A stretch of 64,000 bases of DNA from Octopus vulgaris (GCA_951406725.2 OX597834.1:26660001-26724000); one strand, 5' to 3'; counted from the first letter of the stretch, positions 1 through 13,030 are shown. The notes: generated by a model from the letters alone, not told the origin. Made by a program: numbers and translations.

Positions 1-61
1 AAAGAAATTTAAAGTGCCAACGTGATAACTGTAAACCTACTTTTGGACTACCCTGTATGTA

Positions 62-137
<76 letters not shown>

Positions 138-312
138 AGTAGATAAGCCTATGTCTGGTCATAGAGTGACCAATGGTTTCACATTCACAAAAGTCTTAGC
201 CCCGTAAACATCTTATCAGACTCTAAAGCTGAAGACAAATGTAACTCTACCTGGTTTGGGAATTGAAACTAAGATCTTGTGATAATGAGTACAACACCCT
301 AACCATTAGTAA

Positions 313-354
<42 letters not shown>

Positions 355-556
355 ACAGGTTTCTTTCAGTTTCTGTTAGCCAAATCCACTCCCAAGGTTT
401 TAATCAGCTGGTGGGGATGAGTATAGGAAGACACTTGCCAAAGGTACCAAACAGTAGAACTGAACCTGAAACCATGGGGTGGGAAGCAAACTTCTTAACC
501 GCACACCCTCGTCTGCACACCTTAATCTATACACTTGGTGGTTGAAAGAAACTTAC

Positions 557-667
557 CTTAAATATTGCTAAGGCACAGTATGTCTTCAGTTCTTCATTCT
601 GGCTCTTCAGATTCTTCACAAGATCTTCGATCATTCCTTCTGAATGGATCGCTGCTCTGTAACTTGG
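557..667 (-). CDS. ARMC4: ARMC4/ODAD2 internal exon (PSYRAAIHSEGMIEDLVKNLKSQNEELKTYCALAIFK); the gene continues left of the window
   Basis: Minus-strand ttttctag acceptor and AAG|gtaagt donor; 111 nt, phase 0/0. Matches the ARMC4 segment NYRAAIKAERIIENLVKNL as recalled, and follows the ...LQECASE exon in frame. Confidence 0.93.
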
Positions 668-723
668 CTAGAAAACAGCAGAAAGGTAGAAAACGTCTTA
701 TGTCGGAATTTAAACTGAGTGTG

Positions 724-1020
724 CATCATCATCATCATCATCATCATCATCGTCGTTTAACGTCCGTTTTCCGTGCTAGCACGGGTTGGACGGTTCGACC
801 GGGGATCTGGGAAGCCAGGAGGCTGCACCAGGCTCCGGTCTGATCTGGCAGTGTTTCTACAGCTGGAGGCCCTTCCTAACGCCAACCACTCCGTGAGTGT
901 TTTTGGTAGCTTTTTACGTGCCACCGGCACAGGTGCCAGGGGAGTCTGGCAGCGGCCATGATCGGTTGGTGCTTTTTACATGCCACCGGCACAGAAGCCA
1001 GTCAAGGCGGCGCTGGCAAG
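724..1020 (-). mobile_element. SINE-like family C, 3' part with (GAT)n tail (other copies ~12342-12600, 13829-14110, 36798-37175, 39364-39770, 48673-49110, 49458-49630)
   Basis: (cat)n-cgtttaacgtccg...gctagc...ggttggacg recurs about ten times; the microsatellite tail suggests RTE-type mobilisation (inference). Confidence 0.75.
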
Positions 1021-1129
1021 AAACTGGAGAGGTGAGAGTTAGATGGAATACAGCCATACATTTGACTGGAGTACAGACATATGCTTGCTTAAGTGGAGTA
1101 TGTACATATGCTTGACTGAGTAGAGCCAT

Positions 1130-1960
1130 CAAGACTTATAGAGCTATACATTAAACTGGAGTATAGTCATACAACAGACTGAGTACAACCATGCGTTAGA
1201 CTGTGCATAGCCATACACCATACATTAGACTGGAGTGTAGTCACACACTTGACTGAGTGAAGCCACTCACTTGAATGGGGTACAGCCATATGCTAGATTG
1301 GAGTAATCATATACTTGATTGAGTAGAGTCATACATAGACTGTGCATAGCCATACACCATACATTAGACTGGAGTGTAGTCACACACTTGACTGAGTAAA
1401 GCCACTCACTTGAATGGGGTACAGTTATATGCTAGACTGGAGTAATCATATACTTGACTGAGTAGAGTCATACATAGACTGTGCATAGCCATACACCATA
1501 GATTAGACTGGAGTATAGTCACACACTTGACTGAGTGAAGCCACTCACTTGAATGGGGTACAGCCATATGCTTGATTGGAGTAATCATATACTTGACTGA
1601 ATAGAATCATACATAGACTGTGCATAGCCATACACCATACATTAGACTGGAGTGTAGTCACACACTTGACTGAGTAAAGCCACTTACTTGAATGGGGTAC
1701 AACCATATGCTAGACTGGAGTAATCATATACTTGACTGAGTAGAGTCATACATAGACTGTGCATAGCCATACACCATACATTAGACTGGAGTGTAGTCAC
1801 ACACTTGACTGAGTAAAGCAACTCACTTGAATGGGGTACAGCCATATGCTAGACTGGAGTAATCATATACTTGACTGAGTAGAGTCATACATTAGATTAG
1901 AGTGTAGTTACACACTTGACTGAGTATAGCCATACACCAGACTGGAGTATGGTCATACAC
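1130..1960. repeat. 139-bp higher-order minisatellite (about 5 copies) built from ~23-bp subunits
   Basis: ctgtgcatagcc at 1201, 1340, 1479, 1618, 1757. Confidence 0.9.
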
Positions 1961-2183
1961 TGCAGTGATTCCTAATCTTCTGTAGCTTAGCCCCACCTCT
2001 CAGATTGACATGTTGCTTTTCGAAACAATAAGCAATAAAAATCCCAGTAGGTTATTTTAATTAAGCAGGCACTAATTAATCTGTACAATGGGTTTTAAAA
2101 ACCCTTTTTATTCTGATATTCTCCTTAATCCCGGTTGAGAGCCACTGGTCTAGACAGTGCATGATGATAATATTATATTACAC

Positions 2184-2393
2184 TTTACTCTTTTACTTGT
2201 TTCAGTCATTTTGACTGCGGCCATGCTGGAGCACCGCCTTTTAGTCGAGCAAATCGACCCCGGGACTTATTCTTTGTAAGCCCAGTACTTATTCTATCGG
2301 TCTCTTTTGCCGATCCGCTAAGTGACGGGGACGTAAACACACCAGCATCGGTTGGCAAGCAATGCTAGAAGGACAAACACAGCAGACACACTA

Positions 2394-2446
<53 letters not shown>

Positions 2447-2612
2447 TACGACAGGCTTCTTTCAGTTTCCGTCTACCAAATCCACTCACAAGGCATTGGT
2501 CGGGCCGAGGCTATAGCAGAAGACACTTGCCCAAGATGCCATGCAGTGGGACTGAACCTGGGACCATGTGGTTGGTTAGCAAGCTACTTACCACACAGCC
2601 ACTCCTACGCCT
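2184..2612 (-). mobile_element. tRNA-derived SINE family A, full length (internal (TA)/(CA) microsatellite, (GTAAAAGA)n tail)
   Basis: Head GGCGTAGGAGTGGCTGTGTGGTAAG...GGTTCAGTCCC; body recurs more than ten times in the window. Confidence 0.85.
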
Positions 2613-3062
2613 ATGTTCACATATAAACTAGAAATGACCCTATGCAGATAGTGCAGATAGTGCTATTGGAGTGGTGTGCTGGAGTGGTGCTGTTTAAGTG
2701 GTGAGTTGGAGTGGTGCTGTTTTTTTTTTTTTAACTTTTTCCAACTTGAGACATGGAACTTGATTTGGGGTAAAGTTATTGTGGGAAATATCTCTCCTAG
2801 AATTTGAACTCCTGACTTGACTTTTAAGTTGCTGGCTGACCCTCCATGTTACAACTACCACCACCACCACCACCACAAACACCACAACCATCACTACTAC
2901 AACGACTGCAACCACCATCACAAGCACCAGTGTGACCAGTACCACCACTACCACAACCACTACACTTTCTCCCTGTCCCTAACACCACTGTCACAAGCAC
3001 CATGAACCCACCACCACCACCACCACCACCACAAAGACCACAGTCACCAGCACCAGTACCTC

Positions 3063-3183
3063 CACCACCACTGTGACTCCCCACCACCACTGTGACTCCC
3101 CACCACCACTGTGACTCCCCACCACCACTGTGACTCCCCACCACCACTGTGACTCCCCACCACCACTGTGACTCCCCACCACT
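3063..3183. repeat. 19-bp minisatellite, about 6 copies
   Basis: ccaccactgtgactcccca in tandem. Confidence 0.9.
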
Positions 3184-3678
3184 AGCCCACCTCCTAACAT
3201 ATATAGTCATTGCTTACTCAGCATTGATTCCTGACTTGAGCCATTGAACAGGATTTGAGAACAAGTTTTCCCCCTGGAAAGGTTGCTAGACCACTGTAGG
3301 TAGGTGCTCCAGTAGAACAAATGACGGTGAACTGTCAATTCAGTGAAGGACAAAGGATTGTCAGAGCATAAACATTACAGAACCTTGACATATTGCCATA
3401 GTAAACCTATATTAGAGGGACTGGGTGATTATTATCTCTTGTTAATTAGAATATTTGATTTAATTACAATTAGTGATGAAACATATTCCAAGCTATGTGG
3501 CAACAACAATAGTTGCAATAACAAAAAGAATGATAATTAACTAAAGATAATTATGAAACCGAAACAAAAATTTTCTGTAGCTTGCTTGACTTCTCATACA
3601 AGACAGTCAGGTATCTCTCTCTCTCTCTCTCTCTCTCGCCTATTTCTCTCTCCTTCTGTGTGCATGTGTGTGTGTGTG

Positions 3679-3719
<41 letters not shown>

Positions 3720-3809
3720 TGTGTTTAGTTTTTGTATTTGGTTTGTAAGACTTTTGATCTGAACCTGTGTGTTGAAACAGATTTTGTTATATCTTCCAAA
3801 GATGCAGCA

Positions 3810-3860
<51 letters not shown>

Positions 3861-3953
3861 TACTACTAATATAGGATGAAGTTTTTTTACAGAAAAAAAT
3901 TTCATCAAAGAAGTGACAGCACTTTAAAGGTATATATATATATATATATATAT

Positions 3954-4166
3954 AATTGCAGCGTGGAAGGTGTTTGTAAGCCATTTAAGAAACACACAAA
4001 AGCCGTTCGATTCACTTCAACATTTAAGTTTAATTTGTCAAAATATTTTCGTCGCGGTCTTAAAGCGACAAAAATATTTTGACAAATTAAACTTAAATGT
4101 TGAAGTGAATCGAACGGCTTTTGTGTGTTTCTTAAATGGCTTACAAACACCTTCCACGCTGCAATT
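3954..4166. repeat. Near-perfect fold-back inverted repeat (102-bp arms, 9-nt loop)
   Basis: Arms are reverse complements apart from one mismatch (4050/4070). Confidence 0.95.
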
Positions 4167-4224
4167 GTTTTCGTTCCAGCACATGATCTCAGATCAAATC
4201 ACTTGCTATGCGAGTACATCTCCG

Positions 4225-4264
<40 letters not shown>

Positions 4265-4366
4265 ATAGAAATGGTAAGACAACAGAAGAATGAAAGAGAC
4301 TTCGATATTATGTAAATAGAGGAGTGTATCTGTAAATGTAATACGTGACAATTATTCGGTAGCCAT

Positions 4367-4428
4367 GATAAAACTCCGAGTTTCGGATGTCGGGGTAGAA
4401 ATCCAAGTCACCATCTCTTCAGTTAACC
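4367..4428 (-). ncRNA. Degenerate hammerhead-like motif in a TA-flanked insert
   Basis: Minus strand: ttaa-CTGAAGA-gatg...catcc-GAAAC-tcgga-GTT-ttatc; stems imperfect. Confidence 0.4.
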
Positions 4429-4470
4429 GGCCATTGGAAAAATATATATATATATATATATGCGTGTGTG

Positions 4471-4633
4471 TATAAGAAAGAGGATTTGAAAATGCAGAGG
4501 ACTTTTAAAGATGTTTATTGACTTGACCAGTTTCGCTTTATTAAAAAAAAAGATTTCCAAAAGTTAAATGTAAGGCTTTGCGTAGCCATTGTTGTACTCA
4601 GAGTTGTATCAGATATGTATGTATGTTTGTATG

Positions 4634-4664
<31 letters not shown>

Positions 4665-4744
4665 TGTATGTATGTATGTATGTATGTATGTAATGTATGT
4701 ATGTATGTATGTATGTAATGTATGTATGTATGTATGTATGTATG

Positions 4745-4775
<31 letters not shown>

Positions 4776-5876
4776 TGTATGTATGTAATGTATGTATGTA
4801 TGTATGTATGTTTGTATGTATGCACGTATGCATGTATGTATGTATGTATGAATGTATGAATGTATGTATGTTTGTATGTTTGTATGCATGTATGTATGTA
4901 TGCACGTATGCATGCATGCATGTATGTATGTATGTATGTATGTATGTATGTATGTATGCATGTATGTATGTATGTATGTATGTATGTATGTATGTATGTA
5001 TGTATGTATGTTTGTATGCATGTATGTTTGTATGTATGTATGTATGTATGTATGTATGTATGTATGTACGTATGTATGTATGTATGTATGTATGCATGTA
5101 TGTATGTTTGTATGTTTATATGTATGTATGTATGTATGTGTGTGTGTGTATGTATGTTTATATGCATGTATGTATGTATGCACGTATGCATGCATGCATG
5201 TATGTATGTATGTATGTATGTTTGTATGTATGTATGTATGTATGTATGAATGTATGTATGTATGTATGTATGTATGTATGCATGTATGCATGTATGTATG
5301 TATGTATGCATGCATGTATGTATGCACGTATGCATGCATGCATGTATGTATGTGTGTATGTATGCACGTATGCATGCATGTATGTATGTATGTATGAATG
5401 TATGTATATATGTATGTATGTATGTATGTTTGTATGTTTATATGTATGTATGTATGTATGTGTGTGTGTATGTATGTTTGTATGTATGCATGCATGTATG
5501 TATGTATGCATGTATGCATGTATGTATGTATGTATGTATGTATGTATGTTTGTATGTATGTATGTATGTATGTATGTATGCACGTATGCATGCATGTATG
5601 TATGTATGTATGTATGTTTGTATGTATGTATGTATGTATGTATGAATGTATGTATGTATGTATGTATGTATGTATGTATGTATGTATGTATGTATGTATG
5701 TATGTATGTATGTATGTATGTATGAATGTATGTATGTATGTATGTATGTATGTATGTATGTATGTATGTATGTATGTATGTATGTATGTATGTATGTATG
5801 TATGTATGTATGTATGTATGTATGTATGCATGCATGCATGTATGTATGTATGTATGTATGTTTGTATGTATGCATG

Positions 5877-5910
<34 letters not shown>

Positions 5911-6230
5911 TGTATGTATGTATGTATGTATGTATGTATGTATGTATGTATGTATGTATGTATGTATGTATGTATGCATGTATGCATGTACATATGTATG
6001 TACACACAGTGATACAGTATTTAACAATGGTAAGAACATGTTAAGAAATAGAATCTTTGACAATGATAAGAAAATGTTAAGAGGTGCTTTTTGTTTAAAC
6101 AGTTTACATGAAGGTGTTTAAAATAGGTGGTAAAAGAAATTCGTAATTATTTATAAGTTCATCAAAAATCCTGATTAAGTCAATAAACATCTTTAAAAGA
6201 CCTCTGCATTTTCAAATCCTCTTTCCTATA
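4471..6230. mobile_element. TIR element (~54-bp inverted termini) enclosing a 1.4-kb (TATG)n expansion
   Basis: 4471-4524 is the near-exact reverse complement of 6177-6230; TA flanks. Confidence 0.7.
4615..6003. repeat. Interrupted (TATG)n, ~1.4 kb (similar tracts 6960-7705, 60225-60520, 61120-61625)
   Basis: Direct reading. Confidence 0.95.
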
Positions 6231-6271
6231 TATTTTCCTTTGTGTGGTACCTTGCAACATATATATATATA

Positions 6272-6401
6272 CAGGGTGTCCCAAAAAAAAATGTATACAC
6301 ATAGTGGTTCGGCAAAAGAGAACGATAGAATAAGTACTAGGTTTTCAAAGAATAACAAATTTACAATTATTTAAGGTGTGTATACATTTTTTTGGGACAC
6401 C

Positions 6402-6404
<3 letters not shown>
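6272..6404. mobile_element. Tc1/mariner-like MITE containing a SINE A fragment
   Basis: TIR CAGGGTGTCCCAAAAAAA..TGTATACAC, TA flanks; second copy at 52306-52436. Confidence 0.85.
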
Positions 6405-6443
<39 letters not shown>

Positions 6444-6622
6444 AGAGCCAGAAGTGGTTGTTAGAGAATTTGCACGACCTCACCAGTCGCAATTTATAAC
6501 CTCTTAATTCCTTCAATTGTAATCCATGTATGTATGTATGTATGTATGTATGTATGTATGTATGTATGTATGTATGTATGTATGTACGTATGTATGTACA
6601 TATGTATGTATGTATGTTTGAA

Positions 6623-6957
6623 GGTGCATGGCTTAGTGGTTAGAGCATCGAGCTTACGATCATGAGGTTGTGAGTTCAATTCCTGGACCGGGCTGCGTGT
6701 TGTGTTCTTGAGCAAGACACTTTATTTCACGTTGCTCCAGTTAACTCAGCTGTAGAAATCAGTTGCGACATCACAGGTGCCAAGCTGTATCGGCCCCTTT
6801 GCCTTTCCTTTGGATAACATCAGTGGTGTCAAGAGGGCAGGCTGGTGTGCATGGGCGACTGCTGGCCTTCCATAAACAACCTTGCCTGGACTTGTACCTC
6901 AGAGGTTAACTTTCTAGGTGCAATCCCATGGTCATTCATGACCGAAGGGGGTCTCTC
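6623..6957 (+). mobile_element. tRNA-derived SINE inserted in (TATG)n
   Basis: TGGCTTAGTGGTTAGAGC A box, GAGTTCAATTCC B box, CORE/V-like ttgagcaagacacttt. Confidence 0.7.
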
Positions 6958-7603
6958 CTCCATGTATGTACGTATGTACATATGTACATATGAATGTATG
7001 TATGTATGTATGTATGTATGTATGTATGTATGTATGCGTGTATGTATGTATGTACGTATGTACGCATGTATGAATGTATATATGAATGTATGTATGTATG
7101 TACGAATGTATGTATGTATGTATGTATGTATGTATGTATGTATGCATGCATGTATGTATGTACATATGTATGTATGTATGTATGTAATGTATGTATGTAT
7201 ATATGTATGTAATGTATGTATGTATGTATGTTTGTATGTATGTATGCATATATGCATGTATGTATGTATGTATGAATGTATGTATGTATGTATGCACGTA
7301 TGCATACATGTATGTATGTATGCATGTATGTATGTTTATGTATATATGTATGTATGTATGAATGTATGTATGCATGTATGTATGTTTGTATGTATATATG
7401 TATGTATGTATGTTTGTATGTATGTATGTATGTATGTATGTATGCACGTATGCATGCATGTATGTATGTATGTATGTATGTATGTATGCATGCATGTATG
7501 TATGTATGTATGTATGCATGTATGTATGTACATATGTATGTATGAATGCATGTATGTATGTATGTATGTATGTATGTATGACTGTATGTATGTATGCATG
7601 TAC

Positions 7604-7634
<31 letters not shown>

Positions 7635-8372
7635 TGCATGTATGTATGTATGTATGTATGTATGTATGTATGTATGTATGTATGTATGTATGTATGTACA
7701 TGTATTAACAATTATATATATAGGGTTATAGCAGCAGACCCTCGTCCAGTGTGCTACACGGTGTGATTGAACCCCAGACCATACAGTTTCAAGGTATGTG
7801 TCTTAACCATACAGCCATGCCTCCAACAATGATAACAAGACTAAGAAGAATTCCTTTCCTTTGATATGCATTATTGTTCAGTAATTTTTCACAACCTACT
7901 TACACCTTCATTCTCTGTGCTCAGTCACCTGTGATGGAAGGATTCATTTTTTGTGCTGGTATACATAACCAACCCACACATCTTGCTTTATATGGAATCT
8001 TTCCCAGAACATTTAGCCTCAATCTTTATTTTGTTTTTTTTCTTTAAACCATGGCAAATATTTGTCTTTATTATTTTTGTATGTATTTTAGCCTTTCTTT
8101 TTGAATTTTTTTCTTTGTTTTGTTTTGATAATTTTTCTGTGGCTCTTCTCAATAGCAAAGTATAAAAAGGCTTGGATCTCTGAAAACTGGTTATGTTAAA
8201 ATCAATTCAAAGATATTTAGCACAGCAAACAGCTATGTTTCTATTGAGTGCACAAGAGAAAGGTGTGTCTAAGTGGGTAATTCAATTTACTAGACACGAC
8301 AGCCAAATCTCCACAAAAACCTGAAGGACATGTATTGGATAATAATCAGCATTAACTGAACTGACCTATGAT

Positions 8373-8813
8373 CTCTTTTACTCTTTTACTTGTTTCAGTC
8401 ATTTGACTGTGGCCATGCTGGAGCACCGCCGTTAGTTGAGCAAATCGACCCGAGGACTTATTCATTGTAAGCCTAGTACTTATTCTATTGGTCTCTTTTG
8501 CCGAACCGCTAAGTTACGGGGACGTAAACACACCCCATCGGTTGTCAGCTGATGTTGTGGGGACAAACACAAACACACAAACATATACACACACACACAT
8601 ACACACACACACTCACACACACACACATATATATATATATATACATATACACGACGTGCTTCTTTCAGTTTCCGTCCACCATATCCACTCACAAGGCTTT
8701 GGTCAGTCCGAGGCTATAGTAGAAGACACTTTCCCAAGGTACCACGCAGTGGGACTGAACCCGGAACCATGTGGTTGGTAAGCAAGCTACTTACCACACA
8801 GCCACTCCTACGC
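8373..8813 (-). mobile_element. SINE family A
   Basis: Collinear with the 2184-2612 copy. Confidence 0.85.
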
Positions 8814-9413
8814 CTATGTATATGATGATGATGATGATGATGATGATGGTGATGAAGAAGAAGAAGAAGAAGAAGAAGAAGAAGAAGAAGAAGAAGAAGA
8901 AGATGATGATGATGATGATGATGATGATGAAGAAGAAGAAGAAGAAGATGAAGAAGAAGATGAAGATGATGATGATGATGATGAAGAAGATTCTGAAGAA
9001 GATGATGATGATGAAGAAAAAGAAGATGATGATGAAGAAGGTGAAGGTGAAGAAGAAGAAGAAAATGAAAAAGAAGGTAAAGAAGAAGATGACGGCAACA
9101 ATGAGAACGATGATGGTGGCTTCAGTGTTGCAATAAGAAAAAATTGAAAAAACTCCTTTGAAAGGCATCAACTGGACTCCTTCAGCCTCTGTCTGATATG
9201 TGTGGTTCTAATGAAGCTTATTAAAGAGATATTTCTGTTGAAACACTAACATATTTCACGGCGCGATATGGAATTCTTATTAACCAAATTACACCGAGAA
9301 AATCTTATCAGAGGAATGATTATGTTTTTTACGTCACAAAAATATGATGAAGTTTTCAGATGTTGCCTACGGAGAGAAGCATGATGCATGCATGCAGATG
9401 AGTGTGTGTGAGT

Positions 9414-9507
<94 letters not shown>

Positions 9508-9694
9508 GAGAGAGTGAGAGAGAAAGAGCGAGAGAGTGAGAGAGAGAAAGAGAGAGAGAGAGAGAAAGAGAGAGAAGAGAGAAAGAGAGAGTGAGAGAGA
9601 GTGAGAGAGAGAAAGAGAGAGAGAGTGAGAGAGAGAAAGAGAGAGAGAAAAAGAGAGAGAGAGTGAGAGAGAGAGAGTGAGTGAGAGAGAGAGT

Positions 9695-9775
<81 letters not shown>

Positions 9776-10038
9776 GAGAGAGAGAAAGAGAGAGAGAGAG
9801 ACAGACAGAGAGGGAGATTCAAATAAATACTCTTTTTCTCTTTTACTCTTTTACTCGTTTTCAGTCATTTGACTGCGGCCATGCTGGAGCACCGCCTTTA
9901 GTCGAGCAACTCGACCCCGGGACTTATTCTTTGTAAGCCCAGTACTTATTCTATCAGTCTCTTTTGCTGAACCGCTAAGTGACGGGGACGTAAACACACC
10001 AGCATCGGTTGTCAAGCAATGCTAGGGGGACAAACACA

Positions 10039-10093
<55 letters not shown>

Positions 10094-10490
10094 ACACATA
10101 CATACACACACACACACATACATATATACACACACACATACATACATACATACATACACACATACATACACACACATACATATATACACACACACACATA
10201 CATATATACACATACACATACATACATACATACATACATACACACATACATACATATATGCATACATACATACACACACATATACATACACACATACACA
10301 CATACACATACATACACATATATACATACACACACATACATACACACGTGCACTCACACACATTATATGACAATCTCCACCTATCAAACCCACTCATAAG
10401 ATTTCGGTTTTAAGTTTAAATCTAAGACAGGATGCTTCTACCATACAACAGCAGCAAGAACTACAACATCAACAACAACCTCTAACCTAC

Positions 10491-10712
10491 CTCTGAGGCA
10501 CACTCCTGCAATGTCCCAACCACAGGTATTAACATGTTCTCATGATGAGATTTCAAAAGTCTGCCAAGAAGAGGAATTGCTCCAGCTTGTCTCATACATT
10601 TTTTGTTCTTCTTGCTCTTACTGATGCTCCAGAGGGCCAGAGCCCCGCATCTGGCGATCTCAATGTCTTTCTCATTTTCGTGGCCTGAAACCGGGTAGTT
10701 GAGGATTTTCAC
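10491..10712 (-). CDS. ARMC4: ARMC4/ODAD2 exon (VKILNYP...[10 protein letters not shown]...[18 protein letters not shown])
   Basis: Poly-T tract plus gcag acceptor, GAG|gtaggt donor; 222 nt, phase 0/0. Carries the ARMC4 motifs [10 protein letters not shown] and [18 protein letters not shown]. Confidence 0.97.
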
Positions 10713-11246
10713 CTGCAAAAAAAAAAAAAAAAAAAAAAAAAAGCAACAGAATTAAGAACCTTAATTTGGAAACAGCCAAATATCATCTTTTGAGATGAGG
10801 AATAAAATTCTTCAATATTTATAATGTTAGTTTGTTTTTCTTGTTTGTTTTGGGTGGGGCTTTGTACAAGTTTGTGCATTATCTAAAGATATGAAGTGAA
10901 ATGAAGTGGAAAGGTTTCTTACTAGGGATGGGATTGAAACTGAATCTTGAGAGCACAATGTTGCAGCACATGACTACCACACCAGTTTGTGTGTGCAAGT
11001 GTGTGTGTGTGTTTGTGTGTGCAAGTGTGTATGCGTGTGTGCAAGTGTGTGTGTGCAAGTGTGTGTGTGCATGTGTGTGTATGCATGTGTGCACGAGTGT
11101 GTGTGTGTATGTGTGTGTGTGTGTGTGTGCGTGCGAGTGTGTGTGTGTGTGCATGTGTGTGTGTATATATACACACACACACTTACTCATACACACATCA
11201 TGATCATCATCGTTTAACGTCTGCTTTCTATGTTAATATATATAAT

Positions 11247-11290
<44 letters not shown>

Positions 11291-11320
11291 TTGATTAAAC
11301 CTCGCTAAGTTAAATATTTC

Positions 11321-11388
11321 AATCACCTGAAGAATGACTGTAACTCGAATTTTTACGAATTGGACAGCCATGAAACGATCGTAGTGTT
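11321..11388 (+). ncRNA. Minimal type-I hammerhead ribozyme motif (Penelope-type)
   Basis: cac-CTGAAGA-[atgactgt...acagccat stem II]-GAAAC-GATC-GTA-gtg. Stem I is cac/gtg and helix III has a palindromic loop. Lies in a ~230-bp insert between (TA)n tracts. Confidence 0.65.
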
Positions 11389-11518
11389 ATACTAATTATC
11401 TTTTTTTAATAATTTTGATATATATTTAAAATAATATAAATTAATTAATCTTATGTATTAAGTTTTTCTTTGTATGATTTGCCTAATAGTGGTTTTATCT
11501 CTAATTTAATATAATATA

Positions 11519-11551
<33 letters not shown>

Positions 11552-12619
11552 ATATATGTACATATCAGTCACTGAAGAAGTCACAGGATGTGTGACAAAA
11601 GATTTCAGACAAAGGACACTAAAATAATAATAATAATAAAGCTGAAGTGAAGAAGTATATAGCCTGTGTGTGGTTAACTGACAAAAAAAAAAAGAGAAAA
11701 TGACCCTCCCAAAATATAACAATACATACATAAATATAACAATACATACATACATATATGTACATGTGTGTGTATGTGTGTGCATGTGTTCATGTATGTG
11801 TATGTGTGTGCATGTGTGTGTTCATGTATGTGTGTATGTGTATTTTAAATCTGCCACCCGCTTATGCTTAAAAGGTCAGTCTTAGTGCAGTGTTGTCACT
11901 TCTTCCAATGATAAATCCTTTGTTCAGTTCATGCTTTCAAAAGCTATGTGAAATAAGAGACCTCTTACTTGAAAAACAGTGTTAACCAACCTGGCTGAAA
12001 CCGGTCTGGCTCTGTAATACAAATGTCTTGTTTTCATAAGTTTTGAATTAAAATCTTCCACCAAACCTTAGTCACAATTTATGTTCCTAACACTAGCTTA
12101 ATGATAACTAAGTTAATTTGATAAATTCTGTGTTATATTTGAAGTAATTGAAAGAAACACAGAGCATCTCAAAATAAATACAGTAACAAAAGGGTTAAGA
12201 GGAGCATTTGGTTGTAAAACACTGTCTTGAAAAACCTGTCTAACTCATGCCAGCATGGAAAAGCGGATGTAAGAATGATGACAAATGATGGCAGGAGAAA
12301 GGCATATTCTTCAGGATAGAATTGAGATCCTCTGATAACTCATCATCATCATCGTTTAACGTCCGCTTTCCATGCTAGGTTGGACGGTTCGACTGGGGTC
12401 TGGGAAGCCAGGAGGCTGCACCAGGACCAGTCTGATCTGGCAGTGTTTCTACAGCTGGATGCCCTTCCTAATGCCAACCACTCCGTGAGTGTAGTGGGTG
12501 CGTTTTTTATGTGCCAGGTGAGGCTGGCAACAGTCATGATTGGTTGGTGCTTTTTATGTGCCACCGGCACGAAGGCCAGTCGGGGTGGCGCTGGCAACTC
12601 ATGGAGGGTTATTCAATGA

Positions 12620-13030
12620 TTTCCCTCCACAGCTGCATGCACATCTGCAAAGTTTTCCTCAGTTTTGCTGGTTACAGATCCCCCAGAACGTTCATCAATA
12701 TCGAAATTTTTTTGGCCATCTTGGAAACATCTGTACCACTTGCGTGCAGCTCATAAACTCCTCTCCAAACACTTTCTGCAACTTTGTGTTGGCCTCTGAG
12801 CGGGTATTGCCATGACAACTTTCTCTGTCATGGTCAATGCGACGATCACATGCTACACACCTTCCTTCCAAGCACTGCTGTAAACAGCAGAAGTGGGCAA
12901 GAATGTTAAAACTTAGTGTGCACACACACACACAGTAGAGTCCAAGGTAAATTTGTGCTAAGTGACTTCACTCTACATGCTTTAGCTTCGGCACTATGGC
13001 AACAGTCCGGATACTTATTGATCAGACCAC
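12620..13030 (-). pseudogene. Highly decayed mariner 5' region
   Basis: G.T.SE...KLQKVFGEE.MS.TQV...(W.K.F) HTH-like remnant with frameshifts. Confidence 0.5.

Noticed and set aside
4515-7766. Long ORFs (up to 496 aa) of YIHT/MYVC repeats
   Set aside because: Translations of (TATG)n, which lacks stop codons; same for 52408-53018 and 60125-61925.
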